A DNA stretch of 64,000 nucleotides from Terrimicrobiaceae bacterium (GTDB lineage: Bacteria > Verrucomicrobiota > Verrucomicrobiia > Chthoniobacterales > Terrimicrobiaceae): positions 1 through 64,000 of the forward strand of contig JBIIPZ010000014.1 of assembly GCA_044342325.1 (NCBI GenBank), written 5' to 3'. Shown here piece by piece: positions 10,424 through 19,263 of this stretch (position 1 is its first letter; every line of letters starts with the position of its first letter). The translations under genes and the position numbers were made by a program. Below the pieces are notes generated by a model. The model saw nothing but the letters and a program-made list of their open reading frames with translations, had not been told where the DNA came from and searched no databases.

Positions 10424-11272
10424 TTATTTCAATCGGAAGAATGCCTCGGCGGTCTGTGTGGTGGTGGCGGCAATCTCTTCGAGGGTGGCGCCGCGCACTT
10501 CGGCGATTTTTTCGGCAACAAGCCGTGCGTGGGCAGGTTCGCAGCGCTTGCCGCGATGCGGCACCGGAGCCAGGTAGGGACAGTCGGTTTCCACCATGAA
10601 GGCGTCCAGAGGAATGGCGGCGACAACATCCCTCACGAGCGCTGCATTCTTAAAGGTGACGATGCCAGTGAAGGAAACCAGATGGCCGAGCGCGAGGATT
10701 TCCCTCGCCTGATCTGGCGTGTTGCCAAAGCAATGGAACACACCGCGAAGCCGGCCGGTGTAGTCTTTTAAAATATCCAGCGTGTCATCCCACGCGTCGC
10801 GCTGATGAATGACCACATTGAGTCCGAATTCCGCAGCCAGGTCGAGTTGCGCCGTGAAAGCCTCCGCCTGCGCGGCTTTGTAGGCGCCATCCATGATTGC
10901 CGCCTCGGTGTCATCGGCTGTTTCCGCTTGCAGGGCGCTGATGCCTGCCGACGAGGCAAGTTTCTCTGAGGGGAGACGGTGGTAGTCCATGCCGGTCTCG
11001 CCGATGGCGGCGACTTTCGGATGGGATGCCAGAGCGCGGATGCCTTCGAGCCAGCCTTCCGATTCCTCATCGACGAAGGTGGGATGCAATCCCACGACCG
11101 CATGCACGCAGTCGAACCTCTCCGCCATCGCGACCGCCCGGCGGCTGCTTTCCAGTCCCGTTCCGATGCTGATGATCCGCTGCACGCCGGCCTTCCTGGC
11201 GGCGGCGATGACCTCCTCGAGGTCGTTTTGAAAGTCCGGGTAATCGAGGTGGGCGTGTGTGTCTATGAGCAT
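10424..11272 (-). CDS. tatD: TatD family deoxyribonuclease
   Basis: MLIDTHAHL, AIGETGMDY, GVFHCF, VETDCPYLAP. Start set at ATG 11272. Confidence 0.92.
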   Translation of the reverse strand: MLIDTHAHLDYPDFQNDLEEVIAAARKAGVQRIISIGTGLESSRRAVAMAERFDCVHAVVGLHPTFVDEESEGWLEGIRALASHPKVAAIGETGMDYHRLPSEKLASSAGISALQAETADDTEAAIMDGAYKAAQAEAFTAQLDLAAEFGLNVVIHQRDAWDDTLDILKDYTGRLRGVFHCFGNTPDQAREILALGHLVSFTGIVTFKNAALVRDVVAAIPLDAFMVETDCPYLAPVPHRGKRCEPAHARLVAEKIAEVRGATLEEIAATTTQTAEAFFRLK

Positions 11273-11330
11273 GGGATGATCGTTCGGTAAAGGGGTGGAA
11301 AGGTTCAAGGGTAAAAGACCTCGCTCCCCG

Positions 11331-12194
11331 TCAGGCTTGAGTCCGTTTCGCGAGCCATGCGGCGATATCCGAGACCACGAGGTCGCGGTCCCAATCGTGC
11401 CAGAGCAAATGGTAGGCCTCTGGATAGTGGCGCAGCGATTTGTCCGGCGATGGGATTTTTTCAAACCACGCGTCGATCTGTGTGGGTTTCACAAAGCAGT
11501 CATTGCCTGCCGCAAGGACAAGCGTCGGCGCATGGATGCCCGCAGCCAACGAGACGCTATCTTGAATGAGATCTCCCAGCTCGACCAGGAAGCGCAGACT
11601 GAAGCCGCGGATGTGGTGTGGTTTTTCGCTGAGGGAATCTTGATACGCGCGGTCTCTCGTAAGCGGCGGGGCGATCGATTTTCCATTCACGAACCGGCTT
11701 GGCGTGAGCCTGAAGCCTGGCGCAACGGTTGCGATGCGGCGTAGAATCCATCGCACAGTTCCAGGCACCGGCCGCCGCAAGCCCACCACAGGAACGGATA
11801 AAATCACACCATCCACCGCATGGCGGGAGTCACCGCTTCTGCTAGACCATCCCGCATATCCTGCCGTGAGGAGAGAGCCCATGCTCTCGCCCATGAGAAA
11901 AACAGGTCGTCCCTCGTAGGACTTGCGCAGGGCGGCAACGAAGGCCGCGATGTCGAGCATTTGAGTCTCAAAATCTAGCGCCGACCCACGCCGCGCGGCG
12001 ATGTGGTCACTGCCTTGCCCGCGCAGATCGAGCGCGTGGAATGCATAGCCTGGAATCCGCGCCGGGAGCGGATGAAATTGCTCGCCGGAGCCATTCATTC
12101 CGTGGACGCAAGCGACGACCGCCCGGCAGTCTGCTGTCGGCCAAGAATGCGCGCGGCGCGGCTCCCGGTCATGCGTGGTCCATGAAAATCTCAT
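11331..12194 (-). CDS. Alpha/beta hydrolase (lysophospholipase/monoglyceride lipase-like)
   Basis: VHG, DLRGQG, GESMG nucleophile elbow, D (GND) and H (AYH) triad residues. Start uncertain (12194 or 12230). Confidence 0.85.
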   Translation of the reverse strand: MRFSWTTHDREPRRAHSWPTADCRAVVACVHGMNGSGEQFHPLPARIPGYAFHALDLRGQGSDHIAARRGSALDFETQMLDIAAFVAALRKSYEGRPVFLMGESMGSLLTAGYAGWSSRSGDSRHAVDGVILSVPVVGLRRPVPGTVRWILRRIATVAPGFRLTPSRFVNGKSIAPPLTRDRAYQDSLSEKPHHIRGFSLRFLVELGDLIQDSVSLAAGIHAPTLVLAAGNDCFVKPTQIDAWFEKIPSPDKSLRHYPEAYHLLWHDWDRDLVVSDIAAWLAKRTQA

Positions 12195-12228
12195 TGCCAA
12201 TTCAGCGCGCAGTAATAAATCCGAAGGC

Positions 12229-12741
12229 ATGATCCGCCTTGCAGCCCTTGTTTTTCTTTTCCAGACGCTTTCCGCATTTGCCGCTCAACTTGATCTCGCC
12301 GTGGTGCAATTTCCAGAAGTAAAAACCGCCGCCGAACTCAACACAGCGCTCGCCGGCGTGAACCTTGCCGAAATCACGAATGCCGACCGCACCGTCACCA
12401 GCGTGCGGTATCTCCAAGGCGGCAAGGTCCTCTTTTGCCAATCCATTCCATCCACCGCCACGCTCAGTTCCTCTACACGCCTCGGAAACTCCCGCGCTGA
12501 TGTGACAGGCAGCTTGAAAAACAATTCACTCCAAGTGGAAATCCGCCTCACCGAGGGTGTCGATTCCGGTCTTCGGCGCTTTACCAGCCGCACCCACGCC
12601 GGCTCCGCTCCGCTTCCCACCGGAGCGCCGCGCGTCATCGCCATGCGCATCATCACGGGAAAAACAAATTCAGTCACCAAAGGGAGCGCCGAGGTCAAGG
12701 AATCCGTGTCCTGCCATGTAGTCCTCGCGCAGCTTCGTTGA
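12229..12741 (+). CDS. Hypothetical secreted protein
   Basis: Signal peptide MIRLAALVFLFQTLSAFA; fills the gap between flanking genes. Confidence 0.7.
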   Translation: MIRLAALVFLFQTLSAFAAQLDLAVVQFPEVKTAAELNTALAGVNLAEITNADRTVTSVRYLQGGKVLFCQSIPSTATLSSSTRLGNSRADVTGSLKNNSLQVEIRLTEGVDSGLRRFTSRTHAGSAPLPTGAPRVIAMRIITGKTNSVTKGSAEVKESVSCHVVLAQLR

Positions 12742-12747
12742 CGCGCC

Positions 12748-13815
12748 TCAGAACCAATGCTTGCGTTTGAAGAAAGCCAGCATCCCGCCGGAGATCAGCG
12801 CGCACAATCCCCAGAAGAAAACATAGCCGAGGGGCCAGGAAAGCTCCGGCATGTTCGCTGGAAACTCGGTCTTGAAATTCATCCCGTAAACGCCGGCTAA
12901 AAATGTCAGCGGAATGAACAAAACCGAAACGATGGTCAGCACGCGGATGATTTCGTTTGTGCGGAATCCCACGCTCGAGAGGTAAAGATCCATCAAGCCC
13001 GCGCTGAGATCGCGGTAGCTTTCGATAATGTCGATGATCTGCGTGACATGGTCGTAGCAGTCGCGCACATAGACCTGCGTCGCCCGTGTCACGAGACCGG
13101 AGTCATCGCGCATGAGCGTGCTGAAAATTTCCCTGTGCGGCCATGCCGCTCGCCGCAGTGCCAGAAGAAGCCGCTTCGCCTCGTAGAGTTTCCTCAGGCT
13201 GCTCCGCACCGGCTTTTCCAACAACTCCTCCTCGACCTCCTCGATGCTGTCGCCGACAGATTCCAGGACGGGAAAAATCTGATCCACGGTCGCGTCGAGA
13301 AGAGCATACGCAAGGTAGTCGGGCTTCATGCGGCGGGCATACCCGCGGCCTGATTTCAAGCGGGTCCGCACGGTTTCGAATACATCATGTCCCGCGTCCT
13401 CTTGAATCGTGATCAAAAACGATTCACCCAAAAACAAGCTCACCTGCTCGAAGCACAATTCGTCGCCTTCCTCAAAATAAACCATCTCGCTCACGATGAA
13501 GAAGTGGTTTTCAAAAGGCTCAATCTTGGGCCTCTGCGCCGTGTTCAAGACATCCTCCACCGCCAGCGCATGCAGACCAAAACGCTCAGCCACCCGCTCC
13601 AGCAGCGGCACATCGCCCAGTCCCTCGATGTCGATCCAGTTTACTTTCGAGGGATCGTATTTCACCATGAGCGAATCCCAGTCTGAGAATTCCTCGTCCA
13701 GCAGCGAGTCGGCGTCATACTGGATCAATCGCATTTTTGCGGCGCCTGATGAACCCGCGGGCGCGCTCAGAGTGCCCGGCGGCGTTCCAGATGGCTTATA
13801 GCAGAAGCGAATCAC
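12748..13815 (-). CDS. corA: Magnesium/cobalt transporter CorA
   Basis: WIDIEG, LHALAVED, QRPKIE, YGMNF signature and MPEL loop. Confidence 0.95.
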   Translation of the reverse strand: MIRFCYKPSGTPPGTLSAPAGSSGAAKMRLIQYDADSLLDEEFSDWDSLMVKYDPSKVNWIDIEGLGDVPLLERVAERFGLHALAVEDVLNTAQRPKIEPFENHFFIVSEMVYFEEGDELCFEQVSLFLGESFLITIQEDAGHDVFETVRTRLKSGRGYARRMKPDYLAYALLDATVDQIFPVLESVGDSIEEVEEELLEKPVRSSLRKLYEAKRLLLALRRAAWPHREIFSTLMRDDSGLVTRATQVYVRDCYDHVTQIIDIIESYRDLSAGLMDLYLSSVGFRTNEIIRVLTIVSVLFIPLTFLAGVYGMNFKTEFPANMPELSWPLGYVFFWGLCALISGGMLAFFKRKHWF

Positions 13816-14018
13816 ATCCCTGCGCTACATCAAACCTACTTCTCAACACACGATCTTTTTTGTTACAAGAATAGTTACTTCAACCGCACCGCAGGCAACA
13901 AGCTACGCTCGCATATCGGTTCGGCGTGGTTTTTAACCGCTTCGTCAAATTTTTTATTTTTCGCTGTGCATTCCCCACGGACACGAGTAGTGAGTGCGAA
14001 ATTCTCACACACAAAAGA

Positions 14019-14048
14019 TTGCATGGGTATTTCACCCCGTTAGTAACG
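14019..14048 (+). promoter_or_regulatory. Putative sigma70 promoter with palindromic operator over the -10
   Basis: TTGCAT (14019-24), 16-nt spacer, TAGTAA (14041-46); palindrome CGTTAGTAACG at 14038-14048. Confidence 0.35.
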
Positions 14049-14050
14049 AC

Positions 14051-14150
14051 TTGTCATGTGGTGGGACTTGAACGATTGAAGAGGTAAGAAACCTCAAGCA
14101 AAAGACAGACTTTCGAGCATCACTTTTCGGTTGAGTTTCTTACACGACAA
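14051..14150 (+). ncRNA. Candidate structured 5' leader or small RNA
   Basis: GTAAGAAACCTCAA (14084-97) pairs with TTGAGTTTCTTAC (14131-43); inner AAAAG/CTTTT stem and CT-TTCG-AG loop; TTGTCATGT (14051-59) can pair with ACACGACAA (14142-50). Confidence 0.3.
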
Positions 14151-14166
14151 AAATAAAACTATTCCT

Positions 14167-14457
14167 ATGATCAACGACCAAAAAATGGATCAGCGCATCA
14201 CAGTGCGGCTGACAGACGACGAACTCAACGCAGCCGAGCGAGCAGCAATCGCTGAAGGCGACCGAAAAATAAGCACCCTTATTAGACGCGCGCTTTTGGT
14301 TTTTTTGCGCGACCGGGGTTACACAAATATGGGCGCCGCACAATTTGCTCCTGGGTATCTGAACCCGAACGCGCAAATTCCCCAGCCAGTCACACAGGCA
14401 CAGCCGCAATATGGAGCCGCCGCTCCACAATACGGTCAGCCAAACACTCTCTCGTAA
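14167..14457 (+). CDS. Ribbon-helix-helix (CopG/MetJ-like) DNA-binding protein with Q/P-rich tail
   Basis: RITVRL beta-strand, then helices ELNAAERAA and ISTLIRRAL; low-complexity tail containing PQYG twice. Confidence 0.7.
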   Translation: MINDQKMDQRITVRLTDDELNAAERAAIAEGDRKISTLIRRALLVFLRDRGYTNMGAAQFAPGYLNPNAQIPQPVTQAQPQYGAAAPQYGQPNTLS

Positions 14458-14526
14458 AAAATCACAGCGACTGAGCCACAGAGCGAATCACTTTCGCTTT
14501 TGCGGTCGGTTGATTAAGCTCGCGGC

Positions 14527-15762
14527 ATGATTGCCATTGTAGGAGGCGGGCTTGCTGGGTTGGCGTGTGCAGTGGAGCTACGCCGTGTTGGCAGAGAATT
14601 TGTGCTCTTCGAGGCGGCCCCCGTTTTGGGAGGCCGCCAGCGCACGACGCGCCGGGAAGGCTTTACGCTGGATCACGGCTTTCAGGTCGTGCTCAGTTCC
14701 TATGATGCAGTCGCGTCTATTTGCAACATCGCTTCTCTGCAGCCCCGCTGGTTTGAATCAGGTGCCTTGTTGCACGACGGGCGACGCCTCACGCATCTGG
14801 AGAGTCCGTTTGAAAATCCGATCGCTGCGCTGACTTCGTCGGCTTTTTCCATTCCAGATAAAATCCGCTTAGCGAGGCTGGGAGCGGAGTTGCTGCTCAC
14901 TCCAACGGAAAACCTCATCACCCGTTGCGCCTCACCGGAGGATGTCTCCACACGCGTCTTTTTGAAGCAACGCAGGTTCTCAGAGTCATTTTTCGCCCGC
15001 TTCGCTCAACCCTTTTTTGGCGGCGTGCTGCTCGACAACGACCTCTCAACGAGCGCCGGGCTCTTCCTCTATTACCTGAAAAAATTCCTCACTGGCCGAG
15101 CTTGGATTCCCAGCGGCGGCATCCAGGCGCTTCCCGACGCCCTTGGTTCGCAGTTGCCATCCACCGCGCTTCGCCTCCACACGCGCGTTGCCGCGATCTC
15201 CCACGACCCTCACGGCCTCGTTCTGGAAAATGGTGACACCGTGCGCGCCGACAAAATCATCCTCGGGCTTGATGAACCATCTCTCTGCCAACTCCTCCGT
15301 CTGCCAGCCCCAGCTCCTGCGCGCAGTGTTTCCGTTGTTTATTTCAAAACGAAAACATCACTCTACAACCAGCCATGCCTCGTGCTACCAGAGGGTGCTC
15401 ACAGACGAGTGCGCCACTTTGTTCAAATCACAAACATCGCCCCCGAGTTTGCGCCATCCGGTTGGCATTTGATCTCCGCCACCGTCCTTGAGGATGCGGG
15501 CCTCTCCAAATCGCAGCTTGCCGACGAGGCTGCGCGCGAGATTGCTGATGTTTTGCCTCACGCGGCAGGCGCGCTCGAGCATCTGGAAACAATCCATGTG
15601 CCTTATGCGGTTCCCAGCCAGCCGCCGGGCTTTGCTGCAAGGAATGCCTTCCCCGATCTGCCTCACAATGTCTATGCTTGCGGAGACTGGGAGCGTGGAG
15701 CCAGCATACAGGCGGCTCTGCGATCCGGTATTGAAACAGCAAAAAGCGTCCTCTGTGGTTGA
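14527..15762 (+). CDS. FAD-dependent oxidoreductase (flavin amine oxidase/phytoene dehydrogenase-like)
   Basis: GGGLAG, GGR, LDHGFQV, CGDW..ASIQAALRSG. Confidence 0.88.
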   Translation: MIAIVGGGLAGLACAVELRRVGREFVLFEAAPVLGGRQRTTRREGFTLDHGFQVVLSSYDAVASICNIASLQPRWFESGALLHDGRRLTHLESPFENPIAALTSSAFSIPDKIRLARLGAELLLTPTENLITRCASPEDVSTRVFLKQRRFSESFFARFAQPFFGGVLLDNDLSTSAGLFLYYLKKFLTGRAWIPSGGIQALPDALGSQLPSTALRLHTRVAAISHDPHGLVLENGDTVRADKIILGLDEPSLCQLLRLPAPAPARSVSVVYFKTKTSLYNQPCLVLPEGAHRRVRHFVQITNIAPEFAPSGWHLISATVLEDAGLSKSQLADEAAREIADVLPHAAGALEHLETIHVPYAVPSQPPGFAARNAFPDLPHNVYACGDWERGASIQAALRSGIETAKSVLCG

Positions 15763-15768
15763 TCTGAA

Positions 15769-16680
15769 ATGAAACTTTCCCTTTCCACCTGCTGGAACTC
15801 TTGGCGGCATTCGGATGGCCGCAGCATGGTGGAGGAAATCCTCTCCCTCGGCTTCGACTCGCTGGAGCTGAGTCACGGCATACGCTCCTCGCAGCTCGAA
15901 GGCGTGCTGCAGGCCCGCGAGCGCCGGAAGTTCAAGGTCTCCAGTGTTCATAATTTCCTACCCATGCCGGTGGAGGTTCTCACCGATTCGCCGGATTGCT
16001 ACGAGTTCACCTCCCACCGCCCCAAAGACCGTGACCGCGCCCTGCGTCTGACCCTTTCCACTATCGACTGGGCTGAAAAACTCGGCGCGCCCTTTGTCGT
16101 GGTGCACACCGGCCGCATCCGCTCCCTCAAGCTCACCGCCCCGCTGCGCAAGATGGTGGAGCAGGGAAAAATTTACTCCCGCGAATTCATCAAACGAAAA
16201 CTCGAGGCGGTCCAAGCGCGCGAAAAAGTCGCGGATATTCACAACGCGCGCGTCTTGGAAATCCTCGGCGAAGCCGTATCCCATGCCGGCAAGCGCGGGG
16301 TGAAGCTCGGCATCGAAAACCGCGAGTATTACGAAGCCGTCCCCTCCGAACGCGATTTTCCCGATTTTCTTCAGCGCCTCGATGCCGCGCACACCGGTTA
16401 CTGGCACGACTTCGGCCACGCCCAGATCAAGCACAACCTCGGCCTCATCGACCATGCCCAGCATCTGGAAAAGATGGCTCCCCGCCTGCTCGGATGCCAC
16501 ATCCACGACACGCGCCCGCCTTTCCGCGACCACTGCCCGCCTTTCACCGGCGAGACACCCTTCGACCAACTCGTTCCTCTTCTACCCAAAAAATGCGCCA
16601 CCATTTTGGAAATGTCCCCGCGCACAGAAGCGGCTGACATTGTGAAGGCCGTTGAGGAGTGGAATAAAAAATTCAAGTAA
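15769..16680 (+). CDS. Sugar phosphate isomerase/epimerase (AP endonuclease 2 TIM barrel)
   Basis: Metal ligands in GIENR, WHDFGHA, HIHD and ILEM. Confidence 0.85.
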   Translation: MKLSLSTCWNSWRHSDGRSMVEEILSLGFDSLELSHGIRSSQLEGVLQARERRKFKVSSVHNFLPMPVEVLTDSPDCYEFTSHRPKDRDRALRLTLSTIDWAEKLGAPFVVVHTGRIRSLKLTAPLRKMVEQGKIYSREFIKRKLEAVQAREKVADIHNARVLEILGEAVSHAGKRGVKLGIENREYYEAVPSERDFPDFLQRLDAAHTGYWHDFGHAQIKHNLGLIDHAQHLEKMAPRLLGCHIHDTRPPFRDHCPPFTGETPFDQLVPLLPKKCATILEMSPRTEAADIVKAVEEWNKKFK

Positions 16681-16683
16681 TTC

Positions 16684-17727
16684 ATGAAACGGCACCTTCT
16701 CACAGCCATCCAGGTCATCATCACCATCGGCCTCCTCTGGTGGATTTTTCGCAATCCTGAGCAAAACCAAAAACTCCTCGCTGCGCTGGATGCCGCCAAT
16801 AACTGGTGGCTCGTGCCAGGCTTGGCCGCGCTCGGCGGCGGACTCCTCCTGCAAGCCAAACGCTGGCTCCTCCTCCTTGAGGTGCAGGGCATCGTCATTT
16901 CCTACTGGCGGAGCCTGCGAATTCTCCTGATCGGAATGTTTTTCAACCTCTTCCTGCTGGGGTCAACAGGCGGCGACATCATCAAAATTTTTCTCATCAT
17001 GCGCGAGGCTCCGGATAAAAAAGCCGGGGCGCTCCTGAGTGTTTTCATCGACCGCGTCGTAGGCGTGCTCGCGCTGGCACTTGTTTCCTCTGTGGTCATC
17101 ATCCTGCGTTGGGACGATCTCATGAAGCATGAGGTGACCCGCTACGGCGTCTTCACCGCAGCCGTGATCCTTGGAGGTTCGATCGGCTTCATCCTCGTAG
17201 CTTGGCTCACTGGGCGTCTCGACCTCGCCACCAAACTGCCGCACTGGCTTCCCGCACGCGACAAGATCGCCGAGGCCGCCGGCGCATTCGTCCAATATGC
17301 CCGGGCAGGAAAATCCGTCGGCTTGGCATTCCTACTGTCTATTCCTGCACACATTCTCATGTTCTCGACATTCTGGTTCGGTGCCAAAGCCTTCGCCGCT
17401 GGGCTGAACCTGCTGAGTATTTATTGCGTAATGCCGATCGTGGCGACCGTCACAGCGCTGCCAATCAGCGTTGGAGGAGCGGGCCTTCGCGAGGGCCTCT
17501 TCATCAAAATCCTCGGCGCTCTTTACGCAACTCCCGAGCCAATCGCTACACTGGTCTCGCTTTCCGGATTCATGATGCAGGTCTTCTGGAGCCTGATCGG
17601 CGGCGCCATCTACCTCGCCTACCGCTCGACTGAACACACCTCCCTCGCTGAAATGGAAAAATCCGTCGACGACCTCGAAAAACGCGTTGAGCACAATATC
17701 GAAGCCGGCCGCGCACCCGAGGCATGA
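16684..17727 (+). CDS. Lysylphosphatidylglycerol synthase TM-domain / flippase-like membrane protein (UPF0104)
   Basis: RW, FFNLFLLGSTGGD, DR, PISVGGAGLREG. Confidence 0.85.
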   Translation: MKRHLLTAIQVIITIGLLWWIFRNPEQNQKLLAALDAANNWWLVPGLAALGGGLLLQAKRWLLLLEVQGIVISYWRSLRILLIGMFFNLFLLGSTGGDIIKIFLIMREAPDKKAGALLSVFIDRVVGVLALALVSSVVIILRWDDLMKHEVTRYGVFTAAVILGGSIGFILVAWLTGRLDLATKLPHWLPARDKIAEAAGAFVQYARAGKSVGLAFLLSIPAHILMFSTFWFGAKAFAAGLNLLSIYCVMPIVATVTALPISVGGAGLREGLFIKILGALYATPEPIATLVSLSGFMMQVFWSLIGGAIYLAYRSTEHTSLAEMEKSVDDLEKRVEHNIEAGRAPEA

Positions 17728-18416
17728 GGCCGAAAATCCACGCCCATTTCGCCATGACGGCGGATGGCAAGATCAGCACCAAAAACCTCACGCCCTCGCA
17801 GTTCACCTCACCGGCCGACAAGGCGCGCATCGGGGAAATCCGCGCACAGCACGATGCCATCCTCGTGGGACGCGGCACAGTGGCCGCCGACACCATGTCG
17901 ATGCGCCTCTCCAGTGAAAAACTCCGCGCAGCTCGCATCGCAAAAAACCTGCCGCCCGAGCCGCTCCGCGTTGTCATCAGCAATGCCGGGAAAATCGATC
18001 CCGCATGGAAAGTCTTCCAGCACACCGGCTCGCCAATCGTCATCCTTTCCACCACGCGCATGCCGCAAAAACTCCGCGCCACCCTCGCGCCGCTCTGCGA
18101 CCTCCATCTTTACGAATCCCCAACCGTTCCCCTCCCCGCCGTCCTTGCAATGCTCCGAGCCGAGTATGGGGTGAAATCCCTCGTCTGCGAAGGGGGTGGA
18201 GCCCTCTTGCGCTCCCTCGCCGCCGCCGACTTCCTCGATGAAATCCACCTCACGCTGGCGCCCGTCCTCTTCGGAGGAGCCGCCGCACCCACGCTCACCG
18301 GCCTGCCCGGCGACTTTCTCCCGAAGCCGCTCGAGTTCCGGTTGGCAAAGATGGAGCCCCTCGGCGACGAGTGCCTCCTCCATTTCAAAAGGAAAAGACC
18401 AATGGCAAAAAGTTGA
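17724..18416 (+). CDS. RibD C-terminal domain (pyrimidine reductase/DHFR-like) protein
   Basis: AMTADGKI, DAILVGRGT, CEGGG, DEIHLTLAPVLFGG; ATGA overlap with the upstream gene. Confidence 0.88.
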   Translation: MRPKIHAHFAMTADGKISTKNLTPSQFTSPADKARIGEIRAQHDAILVGRGTVAADTMSMRLSSEKLRAARIAKNLPPEPLRVVISNAGKIDPAWKVFQHTGSPIVILSTTRMPQKLRATLAPLCDLHLYESPTVPLPAVLAMLRAEYGVKSLVCEGGGALLRSLAAADFLDEIHLTLAPVLFGGAAAPTLTGLPGDFLPKPLEFRLAKMEPLGDECLLHFKRKRPMAKS

Positions 18417-18448
18417 CGCTCCACCCAAACCAAGCCTAAGGTTATTTC

Positions 18449-19111
18449 ATGAAAACGCGCCTATTTTGCTCCCTCCTTGCGTCGCTCGCTTTATTAGCAG
18501 GTTCCGCTCGAGCCCAAGTTCTCATCTATGACCTCGCCTTGGACAAAACCGGGCCCAGTGTGAATTACACATTCTTCGACAGCGGATATCTCGTAGTCGA
18601 TCTCTCTGCCTCCACATTTTCATCCGTAATCGTCCTCACAGACCCAAATACATTCCGTTACTACCAGACAGCTGGGCTGGTAGCTGGCAGTTACGAAACA
18701 ATGCTCAATTACTCTGGCTACAACCATGCTGTTATGTATGGAACATCGTCAGGCACAGACAATGCCTCCTTGCAGGTCATTGGTGCCATCGAGTCGAACA
18801 GCAATATCGGTGGAGAGCAGCGCTCCATTCTTGCGAAAAAACTCCAAGGCTACTTTCTGGCCAGTGGTGCTCAAGTTGATGCCACCACGACAAACGGCAC
18901 AACTTCCAACTCCACGATTACAAGCTTTGAATACGGCTATGCTGGCTTCAGCAAAGCTACCGCGACTTACAACACAAAACTGACCAAGCAAGCGAACAAT
19001 CAAGGTTATGGCGGCGCAGCGGCGCTAGATTTGGTAGGCCAGATTCTTGCCAACCGAGGCGTGCCCGGCTACACGCCCACCCCGACTCCTACTCCCACGC
19101 CGACGCCCTGA
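18449..19111 (+). CDS. Hypothetical secreted protein, Ser/Thr/Tyr-rich, C-terminal (TP)6 repeat
   Basis: Signal peptide ending ARA-Q; ends YTPTPTPTPTPTP. Confidence 0.75.
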   Translation: MKTRLFCSLLASLALLAGSARAQVLIYDLALDKTGPSVNYTFFDSGYLVVDLSASTFSSVIVLTDPNTFRYYQTAGLVAGSYETMLNYSGYNHAVMYGTSSGTDNASLQVIGAIESNSNIGGEQRSILAKKLQGYFLASGAQVDATTTNGTTSNSTITSFEYGYAGFSKATATYNTKLTKQANNQGYGGAAALDLVGQILANRGVPGYTPTPTPTPTPTP

Positions 19112-19166
19112 GCGCTCCCCGTTCGGGAGGCCAGGCACATATTCTCGCGGCATCTGGATTTATTTC

Positions 19167-19193
19167 TAAATCCGGGAAGAGAAATGCCGATGT
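19167..19193 (+). promoter_or_regulatory. Sigma28 (FliA)-type promoter
   Basis: TAAA (19167-70), exactly 15 nt, GCCGATGT (19186-93); consensus TAAA-N15-GCCGATAA. About 70 nt upstream of the flagellin-like ORF. Confidence 0.75.
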
Positions 19194-19229
19194 TTTACCT
19201 TGGCAGGCGCAAACCCGCGTGAGCCCGAA

Positions 19230-19263
19230 AGCGGAACGGAATCCGCAAAACAAGACAAAGGAT
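19230..19263 (+). promoter_or_regulatory. Putative CsrA/RsmA-binding sites in leader
   Basis: Hairpin GCGGA-ACGGAA-TCCGC with GGA in the loop, and AAGGA overlapping the SD just before ATG. Confidence 0.45.

Noticed and set aside
14058..14073. GGGACTTGAAC resembling a reverse tRNA T-arm
   Set aside because: The complementary T-stem and the rest of a cloverleaf are absent.
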